From Marsupella aquatica (Eukaryota > Plantae > Marchantiophyta), in contig OZ316891.1 in NCBI GenBank assembly GCA_973895155.1, positions 2,285,324-2,349,323 of the forward strand: a DNA stretch of 64,000 nt, read 5' to 3'. The position numbers and the translations under genes were made by a program. Below the pieces are notes generated by a model. That model did not search any database. It saw nothing but the letters and a program-made list of their open reading frames with translations, and was not told where the DNA came from. This document shows, one piece after another, positions 24,381 through 37,870 of this stretch (position 1 is its first letter; every line of letters starts with the position of its first letter).

Positions 24381-25184
24381 GAGTTAAGTCTACGTCAAGT
24401 TAATGCGCCCCCCACTTTCCCGGGATGCCGTACTCTGCCCGTCCCAGTCCCCGATGCTGCTGCCCGCTCTGGCCTGAGTTTTCCAGAACACAAACCAATA
24501 GTCTAACATTTGATCGCCCGCTCCGGCCCGGTCAACTTTGTGCCATCAACTTCGGGTTTATGTTTTGGCACCCTTCACTTTTTGTCGCCCACTCCAGCCC
24601 AATCAACTTGTGCCATCAAGTTTTTGGAAAGAAATGTTGCCAAAACATAAACCACAGCTCCATAGAGAATATTAAGTGTTTTGGGCTATTAATCATGATC
24701 TCATTCAAGGTATTAGGCTCCCCTTGAACACTTAGACTATATCATGAAATAGGTATGACTCCATTGGAAAGAAGTGTTGCCAGAACATAAACCATGACTC
24801 TATCAAGAAGAATCATTTGGCAAAACATCAACCAAGACTATCAATCATGACTCTTAATCAAGTCATGGGCTCCCTTGAACACTTACTTAGACTCTGTTAC
24901 AAAGCTGTGTTGCCAGAACATAAACCATGACTCCACAATGAAGAAGTCGATGACACAAAGTCAATTGGACCGGAGCGTGCGACAAAAAGTGATGGGTGCC
25001 AAAACATAAACCCAAAGTCGATGACACAAAGTTGATCGGGCCGGAGCGGGCGAATAAATGTTGGAGTATTGATTTATGTTGTGGCAAACTTGGGCTGGAG
25101 CGGGCAGCAGCATTGAGGAGTGGGACGGGCAGTGTACAACGCCTTGGGAAAGTGGGGCGCATTAACTTGACGTAGATTTAACTC
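24381..25184. mobile_element. 804-bp fold-back element with ~240-bp TIRs (non-autonomous MULE-like)
   Basis: Begins GAGTTAAGTCTACGTCAAGTTAATGCGCCCC and ends GGGGCGCATTAACTTGACGTAGATTTAACTC. Arms 24381-~24625 and ~24945-25184 are complementary throughout. The centre holds three copies of GTTGCCA(G/A)AACATAA. No TSD found. Confidence 0.85.
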
Positions 25185-25424
25185 GAAGTCAAAACGGGGG
25201 TCAAAACTAATCAGAATCCAGATTGAGTATCGAGTTCCAAATTGAGTACTTCCAGTTCCTGCTCAATACAGGTTTTCAGTGTTCACCGAACCTCAAAGTT
25301 CTTCAGTTAATGCAAGTCACACTTCAATTGATAAGCGATGAATGCGAGTAGCAGCAGCATAACTGCAACTCAATACTCAATAAGCTACTCGGTCTGGACT
25401 TGTCAGACAAATAAGGGATCTAGA

Positions 25425-25856
25425 CACTGACAAATGGCATTTTTCACACCCGGTCATCTCGGTCCCAGCTGGCCCATACCCCTCCCTGACCCGGCCTGAC
25501 CTGTCCCGGCCCGACCCCGGCCTGTCCCATCCTGTCCTGGCCTGATCTTGGCCTGTCTCGGCCTGTTTCGGCCTGTCCTGGCCCCCCGACCCCTACCCAA
25601 CCCTGACCCAACCCTGACCCCCAACCGGGGAGCCAGTTTGCTAAACCGGGGGAATCCGGGACTGGGCTGGGAGGGTTTGGGAGAGTTCGAGACTGGGCTG
25701 GGAGGGGGCTGGGAAAGTTCAGGACTGGGCCGGGAGAGGGTCGGGAAAGTTCGGGGCTGGCCGGGGAATATCTGCGAATATGCGACAAATGAACCCTTTT
25801 GGAGTCGACAAATGACAAGTTGTCGTGTCCAACAACATGACAACTTGCCCGTCAGT
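25425..25856. repeat. GC-rich pentamer-repeat element, C-rich left half and G-rich right half
   Basis: CCTGA/CCCGG/CCTGT repeats switch to GGGCT/GGGAG repeats near 25630; ACTGAC..GTCAGT at the ends. Confidence 0.6.
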
Positions 25857-28396
25857 TCAAACCGGGGTGAGCTAGGTACTTCAAGGGTTCTAACATGTGC
25901 TCTAATAAATGAATAAATTAGACCTGGTCATCTCAGAACACTAGCAACTCCATAGACAAAACTTTTACCCAATCCATATTCATCTTCAAGACAGGGTGCA
26001 GAATCTCCTTGGACACGTGATACTGAATTTATAACTAACTCCACCTCAAATGTCTTCCAAATAACCACCTTTTGACATGTTGCGGGTGGTGTTGTTTGGG
26101 AGAAGCCACTTCTTGACTTAGTTCCTTTCAGTAGTGCGTGCGCGTCAAAAGTTGTAGTGCCTTGGAAGAAGCTCCTACACCTGAAATGAAGCAATTCAAG
26201 TCAATGAATATCAAATGAGTAGAAACGTACGTTAGATTTGGCAGAGCTCAAACAGCTAGGGTTCACATCTTGCTCCGTAGTGTGTACTAATCTCTCTCAG
26301 TCTCTCTTATCCAGAATCAAAGTGAGTGGTATGTGACAATGAAATAGTATTTATTAATTTTCTTATGCATTTAGACAAAAGAATGAATTCTCTTTCTAAA
26401 GTGCCATGATTTGCTTGCACAGTGGCAGATTAAGGTTTTACTGTTTTAAGAAAATCCCATTTACAGTTGTTTCTGGTGGCATGGGAGCGCAAATCTGCTG
26501 TCCAAGCCTGCAACCTGCCCGTTGCTGCCTGAGCAGTAGGCACCCGATATAGAAATTGATACCAAGAATGGGAGCTATATTTTTATCCAGCAGGCTATTG
26601 GAATTGGCATTGGAGTGCGTCATCTGAGTGGGGAGTAGGAGGTGCAAGATATTGTATAATGCAAGCAAGAATTTTGATAGCAAGGAGAGAGTTGTTAGCA
26701 AGTCGCTAATGGTTTTAAATTTCTTTTGTCTTTTATACTTTTCATGTTTTTTGAAGCTTCAGATGGCTAGTTGGCCCTTGGATATGGAAAAACAAGGGTC
26801 AGCTAATAATCTTTTAACTGTTTCCTTGTACACTACAATGACCAGCACCAAAGAGGTGCTATGTTTAAAATGGGCTCCTTGCCCACTACAATGACCCGCA
26901 AGAGGTGCTATGTTTAGAACAGGCAATGTCTCGTATGACACAACCCCGACCCAGACGTGGTAATTCGTCAGTTTTCATGGACAACGGACACACTCATCTT
27001 ACTTAAACGAGAAATGATAATGGAGCTCAGTTTGTGAACTTCAGTTTTCATGGACGACGGGCATACTCAACTTAAACGAGAAATGATAATGGCTCAGTTT
27101 TTGAGTTCAAAGGAAGCTGTTGACACTTGGAGGAAAATTGCTAATTGGAAACGGGCAGCCTACATACTAAGAGGAAAAATGGTAATGGCTGAGATTTGAG
27201 GGGCAGCTGGCGGGGCAGCGGACAATACTGAATGATATAAATGTAATTTGAAGGATTCGCCTCTCTCTGAAACCCATACTGTTGGTTAATTTGGACTCAC
27301 CTGTCTGCTCGTAATGGCTGGAGCCCCACCATCAGTTCACCTTATGATTGGAATCGTAGGAGTAGTTCAAATTTGTCAGACACATTCAGAACCCAGTCGC
27401 ACAGCACCTACTACACGTTGTCCAAAAGTGGGGCGTCCCTGCACGGCCGCGCTGTGTCTTGAAAATTCTACACAGTAGACACAATCACTCCACTATTCCA
27501 CTCAGGTTCCCGAGGGTTCATTTTCGACCAGCCGAGTCTAGCTTTCGGGTGGGGCCCAGAAATTGAAATTGAGAAATTGTCGGAGACGTAATCATAGACT
27601 CATTTTTCCAAAGCTAGCCTGACAGGCCTACGTAACAGTGTGAATGCTAAGGCTGCACTTTCTGGGACAAAATCGAGAAAGATCAGGACCAGATGACGAT
27701 GAATTAGTACGGTCTGCCACAACAGTCGAATCCTGGCTACCCCAGGAAACTGGTAGGCTGGTAGGACAATGCAACATGCAAATTAGCAAATAGCTCATCA
27801 ATGCAAGCTAACTAGCATAGCTTGGACGTGCCGTGCGTCTCAATGTCGAAGAAGCAGTCCGAGTTGTCAAGCCGAATTGACATTTTGGCCAATGTCAAAA
27901 TGTACTCTGATAGTCTGATGTCATGATCTTTGCCATTCATGAAGAAGAACGGAATCTCAATGTACACAAGAATACGATTCTCTTGAATTGGACAAATTAC
28001 CGCTTTGTAGGACCATGTCTTTGACGGCTAGTCTCTGGTAGGATGGCGGCCGGCATTCCAGAAGTCGGGAGCAGTCACGTGTGGTATTGCTTGTGCAATA
28101 CATCTCAAAAGTCCGCTACTCCAGGCCTCCAGCAAGTGAAGGGAAAAGAGGTGCAAAGGTGTTTAGTATATATACCAGGGCCTTGATTTCCTTGAATATT
28201 TATTCTTTTAGGTGTTATGTTATTGCTGAACCATGTAGTTATGGTTCACTTGGATTGCGTTCATGATTCTTGTATTGCATTATTGTGTAGATCTGTTTTG
28301 TGCAATTTTATTTTTATTTCATTTGATGGATATGTTGTTATCTTGACATATGTTGAAGATTCTTAGCTTCTCTGGAGAAAATCATTATGGAAATAG

Positions 28397-28646
28397 TTAA
28401 ATATAAAATAGAAATCAACAATGTCAATTATATATTTTATTAAATAAAAAATAAAATTAATAAAATAAATTATAAACAATTTTTTAATAAATATTATATT
28501 ATTCAATGTCATATTATTTAAAGATTAGATTAATTTTTTTCATTTATTTCAAATATAAATAATAAATAATAAATTTTAAATTTAAATTTATGATATAATG
28601 TTAAAATTTAAATTAAACATTGTTGTATTTCTATTTTATATTTAAA
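28397..28646. mobile_element. Very AT-rich MITE-like fold-back
   Basis: About 28-bp inverted repeat TTAAATATAAAATAGAAATCAACAATGT / ACATTGTTGTATTTCTATTTTATATTTAA around an almost purely A/T core. Confidence 0.6.
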
Positions 28647-28904
28647 TGTTTATATAATAAATTTTTAAATAAAAGTTATTGCGATACTACAATCTAATTA
28701 TGATCCCAGGGATGCTAACTGTGGCCATGCTAACCGGGCGTGGCATGATAGTGAAGGAAAGATACTGTCATTCTGTGTTCTCAGATTGTTCTCGGCTATG
28801 ATGAAACGATACTGTCATGAATATTTTCTTTGGACTTCAAAGGTCGGGTTCACAGGTCTCCAATTGGTTTGCGAGTCTCCATGCAACATTCTCAAGGTCC
28901 TACT

Positions 28905-29256
28905 GGACCACGTGTCACTCAGGTCCAAAAACCACGTGGGTAGACAGTCTTTTTGGCATTAAGCTAACCTTCCGGGATAAAGGTTCATAATATCCAAACT
29001 TAATTCGTTTTCGTCCACTTTAGAGCTAGCCGGGATGATCTTGGTCCCACTGGCTTGACTAATTTTCACGCAAGCCAGTCGCCCAATCATTTATTTCGCT
29101 TTCTGAAACGCAGCAGCATCGGCTATAAGGACTAAGGAGGGTCCTCAATTAGCGCTCATCAATTCACAAGCTGCGAGCTGCACGTCAATGGTGAGAGCTT
29201 CCGCAGAGGCTGTGGTCCAGAGAGGGATTCAACGAACGAACGGAGGTCGAGGTAAG
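28905..29256 (+). promoter_or_regulatory. Putative promoter and first exon
   Basis: Two CACGTG G-boxes (~28909 and ~28933), TATAAG at ~29124, and a consensus donor GAG|GTAAGT at ~29251. Confidence 0.35.
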
Positions 29257-31859
29257 TCACTGAGTTGTGTACATTTTGCAAAACCAAGAGGTCCTTTACT
29301 TCACGTATACGTGGACTGTGTTTGTATTGATTTTTCTGATATTTATTATCATTGGCTGCTGAAAAGTGTCGCTGACCTACAGGCTCGTAAACCAGAACAA
29401 AGTTTCCGTTGTTTTCGGAAGTTGTGGTACAGGTACTGGTGTCCAACGTGCTAATGAGCTGCCTGTAGGAGTCTGATATCAGTGATTGGCCCTCTTGACG
29501 GACATCTCGTTCCTTGTCTGCTGGAGAAAAGCCACAATACAGTGTCCTATTGTCGATAGCTTGTAATCATCAGCAATTCCATTAGGACCTCAATCTTTCA
29601 AATATTAAAATTTTTGACGTATTAAGTCGACGGCTGCTACAGCTTCTAGACGGGCCGCGTTCCCTCGAGTGATTGAGTCTCGTCTCGTCTCGTCGACAAT
29701 CCCTTCTGCGAATCGAAAGAATTGCTGCTTCTATAGATTGCTAAGCGTACTTCACACCCGTTCTGTTCGACCACGGTTCCACACATCTGAGTTAACAGCC
29801 ATCATTTATGAACCAGTACTTGCTTCACGATGCCTTCCTCGGGGTCTTTCTCTGATTTGTCCGATCGGAGTCAGACTCTGTCGATCACCCCTTTGAACGC
29901 TGTGCATTATGGGCTTACCGTGTTCCTCATTAATGTTTCGCTGTAAAATTTTGAAGCAGCAGTCAAGGATTAAAATAACGAGTGGATGGCAGCGGAACTG
30001 AGCCCGGATCTGGATGGTGCTTACGATACTTAAGTCTGTCGATAGTCGATAACCGCTTCTGAATTTTGGAAGCGACTTCTCTAGTCATTTGCACAGTCCT
30101 CCATTGCGACCACTTTGTGTTTCCGTTAGTACTGTACAATAATCTTGATGCTTTTCATTCTCCTTCCAACTGGCAACATGCGAAGTAGCAACGTCTGTAG
30201 ACTCAGTCTGCACTTTGGGTGGATGACTTGAGGACTCGTGTCCGGATCCTGTACTCATGGCAGCTTGACCTGCACTCTGAAATCCTAACCTCAAATGAAT
30301 CTGACGCTCTGCCTGTCTGCGAGCCCATCTGATCATATTTGCATTATTGTGTTCACAGTTCTGAAGATTATTCATGCTTGCAGTTCGTGTAGTACGTCAG
30401 CATGCTCGATGTGACATATAATCATAATTTTAAATTACTTTGTTCAGGTCCCACTGCAGATCATTCACTAAGTCTGGGACACAGCATTATTAAGGTAGCC
30501 GTGAGTGCAGCTGACAGAAAAGAAGTTCTCGTGACAGGGGAACTCGAACTCGGATATGCAAAGAAACCAAAGCAGTAGCTTCTTTTTATTAATTCGCCTC
30601 TCTCGCCTCATCACCTTCGTTGGGTACTCATTCGCGTAAGTAACTGTCGAAAGGACGTGGCCAGGTTAGAACACGATGATGTCGATTTTTATGCCAGTTT
30701 CTTATGCGAATAGTTTCTTACTCAAGTCCCACGCCCAGTCTTCACCCAAAGGACATCCAATTGGTTCCGGGTATAGATTTGATTCCACCGCTCCAGCTAC
30801 AGTAGTAGTGTTAGCCTCGATGTAAGTTCAGAAGGTGCTGCCAGTACACTAGGAATTCACTGTTCTGTGGGACATATCTGCGGCGTCTAAGTGTGGCTGC
30901 ACACACGTCTGCGACTTGTTTGCGGAATGGTATCGATGCTGGTTACGGGTATGGTGCATTGAGTGAGCATACCATGGCCCTGGTCATCCTGGTTAGGAGG
31001 TTTCTTGCAACATTTCCGCTGGTTCTTCGGGAGACGAGTTCCCCAGGGCACGAGAGTACATGGTATAATTTTGTCACACGTCACTCCGTTGATGGATTTC
31101 TCGCAATGTACTTTCGTGTCTTGGAGAGCCAGATTCCAGAAATTGGAATCCTTTCCGATCGATTCCCAAACGCGTGAAGCAATTACAAGTCCGCTGAAGA
31201 CATGCTTCAGTAGTTATGACCAATCATCAGTTGCGAGCCATCCCATGTGCTCCAGGAAGTTCTATTTCATTCAGGGCTGTGCTCCAGATGGTACTCCAGC
31301 TAAGCGCTTTTGTAGGTGCGAGGCATTTATGTTGCTGGGCTTCCTCATGCAAGGAGCCCTTTGCAGCGCCGAAGTGCTCGATCGCTATGAGTGTCGATTT
31401 GTGTCTCTACGGGGTCTCTATCGACGCTGCCAGGAAGATATTCATCAGAAATATCGTGTGTAGAAGGAGCACACAAGAAGTAGATGTGTCTGGGGGTTCT
31501 GCACTATTCATTTCAACAGAAATTCTTCTACGCTGAATTCATAAGTAGACCCTGCAGAATTGTCACTTCCTTTCGATGACCTCGGCTGGCAAGTCCCCGA
31601 GATGTCCGTTTGACCGAAACATACAGGCTAATCCTATACCGGCAGCACGGTAATCAACACCTCATTCCGTTGTCGATGTAATGGGATCCCAGAGACTAGC
31701 AGGAGTATCCACTCAGTCGAGCTCTATCCACTGTAAACGCACGAAAGAGACTCCACTCAGTGGTACTTGCGATTCTGATCTTGCGAATTCGTAGCATGTG
31801 GCGTCGAGACCTCCTGTGTTGCCCGTCTGAGGGTCTCGTTGTAAGGTCCGAATCTTGTC

Positions 31860-32102
31860 ATTCTGCCAAGTGCTCGATATCTTCTCTATCTTTCTTCGAC
31901 CCAAAGTGCTCTACATTTTCTCTATCCTAACATCGTCTGTATCTTTCTCTTTCGTAACTGTCCCAAAGTGTGCTGGACATTTCTTTATCTTTCTTCAACC
32001 CAAAGTGCTAGACATCTTCTCTATCCTGATATCTTGTGTCTTTCGTAAATCCCAAAATGCTCGACATCTTTTGTATCTTTTGTGAACAGTTCCAAAATGC
32101 TT
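31860..32102. repeat. Degenerate tandem repeats (core CCAAAGTGCTCGACATCTTCTCTATC, about 6 copies)
   Basis: The motif recurs at variable spacing of about 33-53 bp. Confidence 0.75.
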
Positions 32103-33287
32103 TCTTTTACTCATAGTGATTTACATTTTTCATATCATTTTTCTATTATCTCCCAATTTTTCAAACTAATTAATTATATTATTTTGGACCATAAGTATAC
32201 GTCAAATCTTTCTCCAATATACACTTATGACTCTTGATTTAGTTTATTTGTTGTGTATTTATTTTTCATTTAATCATTTAAATTGATTATTTTTTATCAT
32301 TATATTTTTGTCTATTTAATTATATATTAAGTTTTTTTAAATTTAATTGTTTCTTTTGTATAAATAAATATTAATATTTTTAATTTATAAAATTTTTAAT
32401 TTGAAATAATAAATTTATTCTACATTCATTATAATAATTATAATGAAATTATATTAAATATTTAAAAATAAATAATAATTTTAATAAAAGAAGGTTGACT
32501 GATATTGGAAAGACAATGAAAAGTAGACCAGGAGATTCTTAACATTTATGATGTTGTTATTTTAGGGTATTTATTCTCTTAAAGTACACACGAATAAGAC
32601 AAACAAAGAGAATGTTGGATTTGACGCAACAATTTTTCTTATCTGATAAATTCATGTCAGATATTTATTATGAAGATAAGTGTCTTAATCACTGGTCATA
32701 CAAAATTTATTAATATATTATAAATATATACATTAAAAAAATTAAATCAAAATTTTAATATTATTATGACCACGTGAATTAAGTCACTAATTTTTACAAT
32801 AATTATTTAACATGATTTTAAGATATTTTTAAAAATCAAATTTTTTAAAATATATTTAAACATACAATGGTAATATCTTTATATTTTTTTAAAATAATAA
32901 TTTTTTTAGATAATTATATGAATATATTTATTTAAAATTTATATTAAATAAAATATTTTTTTTTCAATAATATAATTAAATTATTAATTGAATAAATATT
33001 TTAAATTTATTTAAAAAATAAATAAAAAATAACTATTTAGATAATGTAATGAAATTATTACCATTTATGTATATTTTAATATATATTTTGAAAAAATATT
33101 CATTAAATTTTAATAAATTGATAAATTATATCTATAAATCATAATTTAAGTGAAATATCGTACAATCGTGCTTCTTTGAGATTTTGTAAACATTAGAAAT
33201 AGTGTTAAACATAATTATTGGAATTGCAGTGTTATTGATAACATTGATGTACAACATGAGTGTTGACAAAGATAAGTGAGATTGCTA

Positions 33288-33591
33288 CACTGTTCACCGT
33301 GAATTAATATTAGTCATACTAATTGTATGCTAACACTATTTTAGCACACATGAATTAGTATTATGTGGTCTTAAGAGTGCAAACTAGAGAGAAAAAAACT
33401 ATTTTGACAAATTCACAATAATTAGTGTTACTTTAGATTAAAGATCATCCATTTTTACAAGCAATTTAAATTAAAGTGAAAAAAATGTTTGAAAATGACA
33501 AAACTAGTGTTACTTGGACTCAAAATAATTTTTACCAAAATGAATGTTACTAGCACTAATTCTTGCATAACACTAATTACGGTGACAAATG
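33288..33591. mobile_element. AT-rich MITE (family A, copy 2), TA-flanked
   Basis: TA|CACTGTTCACCGTGAATTA ... TAATTACGGTGACAAATG|TA; inverted homologue of 17930-18232. Confidence 0.8.
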
Positions 33592-34043
33592 TAGGTAATT
33601 CAACATCCATTATAAACTATCATTGAGTCAACCTGAAAATAGATTGCAGGAAGTATGCACAATGCATAGAGAGTAACAGGTTGGGTGTGGAAAAGGCACC
33701 CAATGTCATCTTTAGGCCCATCTCATGTTACAAAAATATGTCATCTTACTTTAATGGCCAATAAAATTGCACACCATAATGATCATGGTTAGGAAAATAT
33801 GTCACAAAAATTGAATGGCCAATGAGGTTTTTGTTATTGACTACAAAAATAAAGAATGAGATAAGTCAGTGTATATTAAGAGTCTAGATTTAGTTATTAC
33901 TAACTCATCGAATTTGAGACAACAAAAGTTATATTAAGTTTTCTTTAATTTTAAGTTGTTGAAGCCTTTACAAGTGAACCCAAGTGAAGATCATAATCAT
34001 AGAAATGTCAAGTATGGATAACGTTTTGCATGACTTTCACAAT

Positions 34044-34742
34044 AGTATACAGACTCACCTGGTGCAGAGTGGAAAAATACCCTGTAGCTTGGCCAGGTCG
34101 GTATAGTGACAAAATTGATCAGTACTTGAGGCTATTGATGATTAACAACTGTGGATTTAACATGCATTTTTCGGACTGGCTGGGGGGCAATAATTTAAAT
34201 TTTATGGACAGGTATGTCATCACTTCTCAACAAGTGGGTGGTGAAAATTATGCTAAAATTAATGTAAGTTTCCTTCTTTGTCAATGGTTTGTGTTGAGCC
34301 CGGTGTTGAGTACAACCAATGATCTAATCTACTAGTAGAGTGGTCTGTGTTTATTTCTACTATGCACTCATCACAAACAGAATTATTGAAACATTTTGCC
34401 AGATATCAAGAGATTGCTAGACAAGATGTGGTGAGAGCCTTTGGGGTTCTACAGGCTAGGTTTTAGATTATCAAATGGCCTGCCAGGTCTTGGTTTGATT
34501 CAAATTTTACTAACATTCTAATGACTTTGTGTAATATTGCATAATACAATCGTGGAGGATCAGAGAGGGAAGAGTTTACTCCATACTTGAGGATGAGGTC
34601 TCCAGCAGTTATACATGAAGGTATGCCTTGGTTGGAGTTCCTTGAGGCAAACTGGGAAATTTGCAAAAGAAAAAGTCACTTCAAATTGAGAAATAATATT
34701 GTAGATCGCATCTGGGCTTGCCAAGGAGAGGAATTTTGCTAA
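34044..34742 (+). pseudogene. Harbinger transposase (DDE_Tnp_4 / Plant_tran nuclease), C-terminal half
   Basis: Across frameshifts: EWK.YPVAWPGRY, LEAI..QLWI*HAFFGLAGGNNLNFMDR, QEIARQDVVRAFGVLQARF*IIKWPAR, CVILHNTIVED, HFKLRNNIVDRIW. Confidence 0.88.
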
Positions 34743-37102
34743 CAACTGATTGTCTTTCAATGGAATTGTTTTCTTTGCATTTGAATTCTTCATCATTGGG
34801 CCCATTCGAGGTTGCATTGAGACACGGGACAACTTGTTTCTGTTTTGAACAATTAAGGATAGGAAACATGGGATGGGGATGGTGATGACAGGTTCCCCAT
34901 GTGTAATGCTGTGGCTCTTTAGATAGTGTTGGGTTGCGTGAGCATTGGGCGAGGCATTGGGGTTTGTGGAGTTTTGGTATCTAATGCAATTTCATAACAA
35001 TAAGAGCTCCCATGCAAGCAGCAAAGGGCACTTCACTAATCAAAGACAGAGAGCTGAAGTTCTGTTTAGGTTGCAGGTAAAGTGTTTGACATTGTGCAGA
35101 CAGAGCTCCAGCTTAGGTTTTGTTGTTGAGCTTCCTACACAATTTGGCAACAATCAATCAGAGTTTCTGTCCATAGCTCCTCTTATACAACCAGTTCTAG
35201 CTGCTGCTGTTGAATGGGAAGGATGCTCAAAAAACTTTCTTGCTTGGAAGACACGGTGGGATGGGAGACAATTGTGCATGAAGGCCAGTTGTTGCAGGTC
35301 CTGCTATTCAAGAGCTAGCTTTCAAAGAGCCAGATTGTGAAAAAAAGGATTGTGGGCAGCCTGCTTACAAAGTGGCACTGAAATTTGATGAAGATTTTTG
35401 GATGAGCTTGGTGTGCCCTATGAGTGGGAAGACTCAAGCTCTAAAACTGAAACAGTAAAACTCTCTTCGCGTTGAGAAGGAAGTGGATACGGGGAATCTT
35501 GGGAAGGACAGCACGATAGCGATGGCAGCTTGGGGGATGGTTGTTTTATGATGGGTATTGCTGGTTCACACACTCTGACTATGGACAGAGTTCACTGTGG
35601 CAAAATGTTTCATGTTCACATATTTGAACTTTTGTTTCTACACAATTAATGTAGGCTGAATATGCATTTTGATTTAGCACTCTTTCAGTTGCAGACAAAT
35701 AATAGCCGGATTTGTTTTTAGAGTAGACCATGGTCACATTTTTTACATCAAACACAAATGCTTCATGTAGAGCTCAACAGAGCCATTTTGTAATAAAAGC
35801 ATTTGGTTTTATGAAAGTCTTTTTGAAACTTGAGTTGTGCACACATTTTGTATCATTTTGAATCATGAAATACAATGTTTGTAATCTCAAAATTTAAGAC
35901 AAGTATTACAATCTGAGTGGACATGAAACCTAAATGGAGTTGTCAGACTATTATGGAATTCTTAGGCAAGAAGTGTGAAAACCGTATTACAACAATGTCT
36001 GACCAAACATGCCCTAGGCCTGTTTGGTCTAATATGCGGAGCACATGCAAATGCTCAAAAGATAATTTTAATTCATTTTGAACTCATAAAATTTATAATT
36101 ATTACCAGTAACAAGGGAACGTTTTTTGTAAAATGGAAATAACAATGGGTACATAGGAATAGGTACAATCGCACGGGGTTGACTTCTTTTTAATGGAGTG
36201 AGGGCCAAAGCAAATCATGTGTAGCCAATCCCACATCACAAATTGTGGATGCTCGATATCAAGCATGGCCAGGAAAGTCTCTTGGTCTAGTAGAGAGGAT
36301 CATTGAGAGCTCTAGTCTGGATAGTTTCCTCTCCTACTAACTGCACTGTCTTTCTACTCCAGCCTACTCTAGTGTGCTCCCCTTCATCCCGATCATAGTT
36401 CAAATCTTGAAGAACTTCAACCACATTCATTTGTGCTGGTGCAGCTATATAGAATTGGAGTACAAACCCCGGGCATGCAAATCTCCTGGCATTTTATAAG
36501 GCAAAATTTTAATTCTTTAATATAATAGCCTTATATCCAATTGACCATCTTAGATTTCATTTTAGTCTACTAAAGTTGATCTTGTACCTCTCAACTTAAC
36601 GAATCCAAAAATGTAACTTAGAAAACATGTCCTGATGTATATAAAGTTGTCGATCAAAACCAAATTATATAGCGTTTTTTTCATATAGCCCAGGTCTACA
36701 GCCAAACTAGCCAGCTTTTCAGGATTTTTATTAAAATTCTATAAAAAATCTTTTAATAAAAATTACAACATGTTTAGGAATATTTTTTTAACTTGATATG
36801 GAAAAAGAAGACAACCAAACCTTTTATATGATTTGAAAAAAAATGAAGTGAAAAAAATAGAAATCTGGATTTGGAAGATCCAGATTTTTTTCAGATTGTA
36901 ATGATTTTGTATATATAGCCAACTTTGCATACCTGGGGTACAAACACAGGGAAGTGGATTGGATAGGTCAAAGGCCTGGGCTTACTTAGGGTGTTTCTTC
37001 TGTTACTGTAACTTTGATTGGTCGTCCATAAGCTTCTTTAATTTCATAGCCTCTAGTAACTTCCAAGCTTTCATGATTTGTTGCAATTCTAGGGCCATGC
37101 CA

Positions 37103-37870
37103 TTATTTTGTTGGTAGTGAGAGCAACGCCATGCTGGAATTGTTTTCCATATAAATTAACTCAAGCACGTTGAAGAAGCAGTTGCCATCTCCTTTTTGGC
37201 TTAGTGCTGACATCTTCAAAGCATCCTCCTGATGCTTCAATCTCTTCAACTCATCCTTTGGCATCTTGTTCCCTTTTAATTTGGTCTCTTCTTTCTGAGT
37301 GGGCTTCTTGCTTGCTGACCACTGCCTAGAGTCATCAACATTCCCCTCGATCTGAGTCTTGATCACCTATGGAGTGGGGCTCAAGTTTTCCTTTTCTCTG
37401 CTCCTTGTCCTACAACTCTTTTCTTGCTCTTCGACATAGCATTAGTTGGATTACACCACCTGGGGCACTCTTTGAGAATCCAATAGCAAGGGTCAAAAGT
37501 GAAATTTTGATTCTTCTTGTGATTCTCCTTAATATTACTTAGTTAATTTGAATGTATCAGCCTTGTTTCTCCCTGAGGTCTGCCTACCCTCTACTTGCTG
37601 GTAACCATCCAATGAACTTGCATTGAGACATCGTGCTTGATGTTAGCCCACTTTCTTTCAAGCGATTTCTTTCGCCTCACCTCACCTCAAGTGGTTCTCT
37701 TTGGCTTGTGCTTCTCATATCGATCTGTCACTCTATCCCAAAACTTTGTTGTCTCTGCCCAGTACCCACATAGGGATCTTGAGATACATGAAGAACACTA
37801 CCAGATTTGTGTCAGCTCATGCACATCGTCTGTGTAATTTTTACCACAAATTCCTGCCATGGAGATTTTA
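37103..37870 (-). pseudogene. Harbinger Myb/SANT-like DNA-binding protein (NAM-associated type)
   Basis: Across frameshifts: GKNYTDD..LHVSQDPYVGTGQRQQSF(W)DRV, KKWANIKHDV, FTFDPCYWILKECPRW, then a K/E-rich tail (ORF 37103-37366). Confidence 0.8.

Noticed and set aside
25444-25916. Gly/Pro-rich (extensin- or collagen-like) ORFs
   Set aside because: Open in several frames on both strands because of GC-rich pentamer repeats.
25928-26194. CRSFFQG heptapeptide shared with the ORF at 23360
   Set aside because: The similarity does not extend, both occurrences sit at apparent splice acceptors, and one such match among this many spurious ORFs is plausible by chance.
17930-33591. One giant 15-kb composite transposon bounded by the inverted MITE copies
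   Set aside because: Each copy has its own two termini and TA flanks; independent insertions are the simpler explanation.
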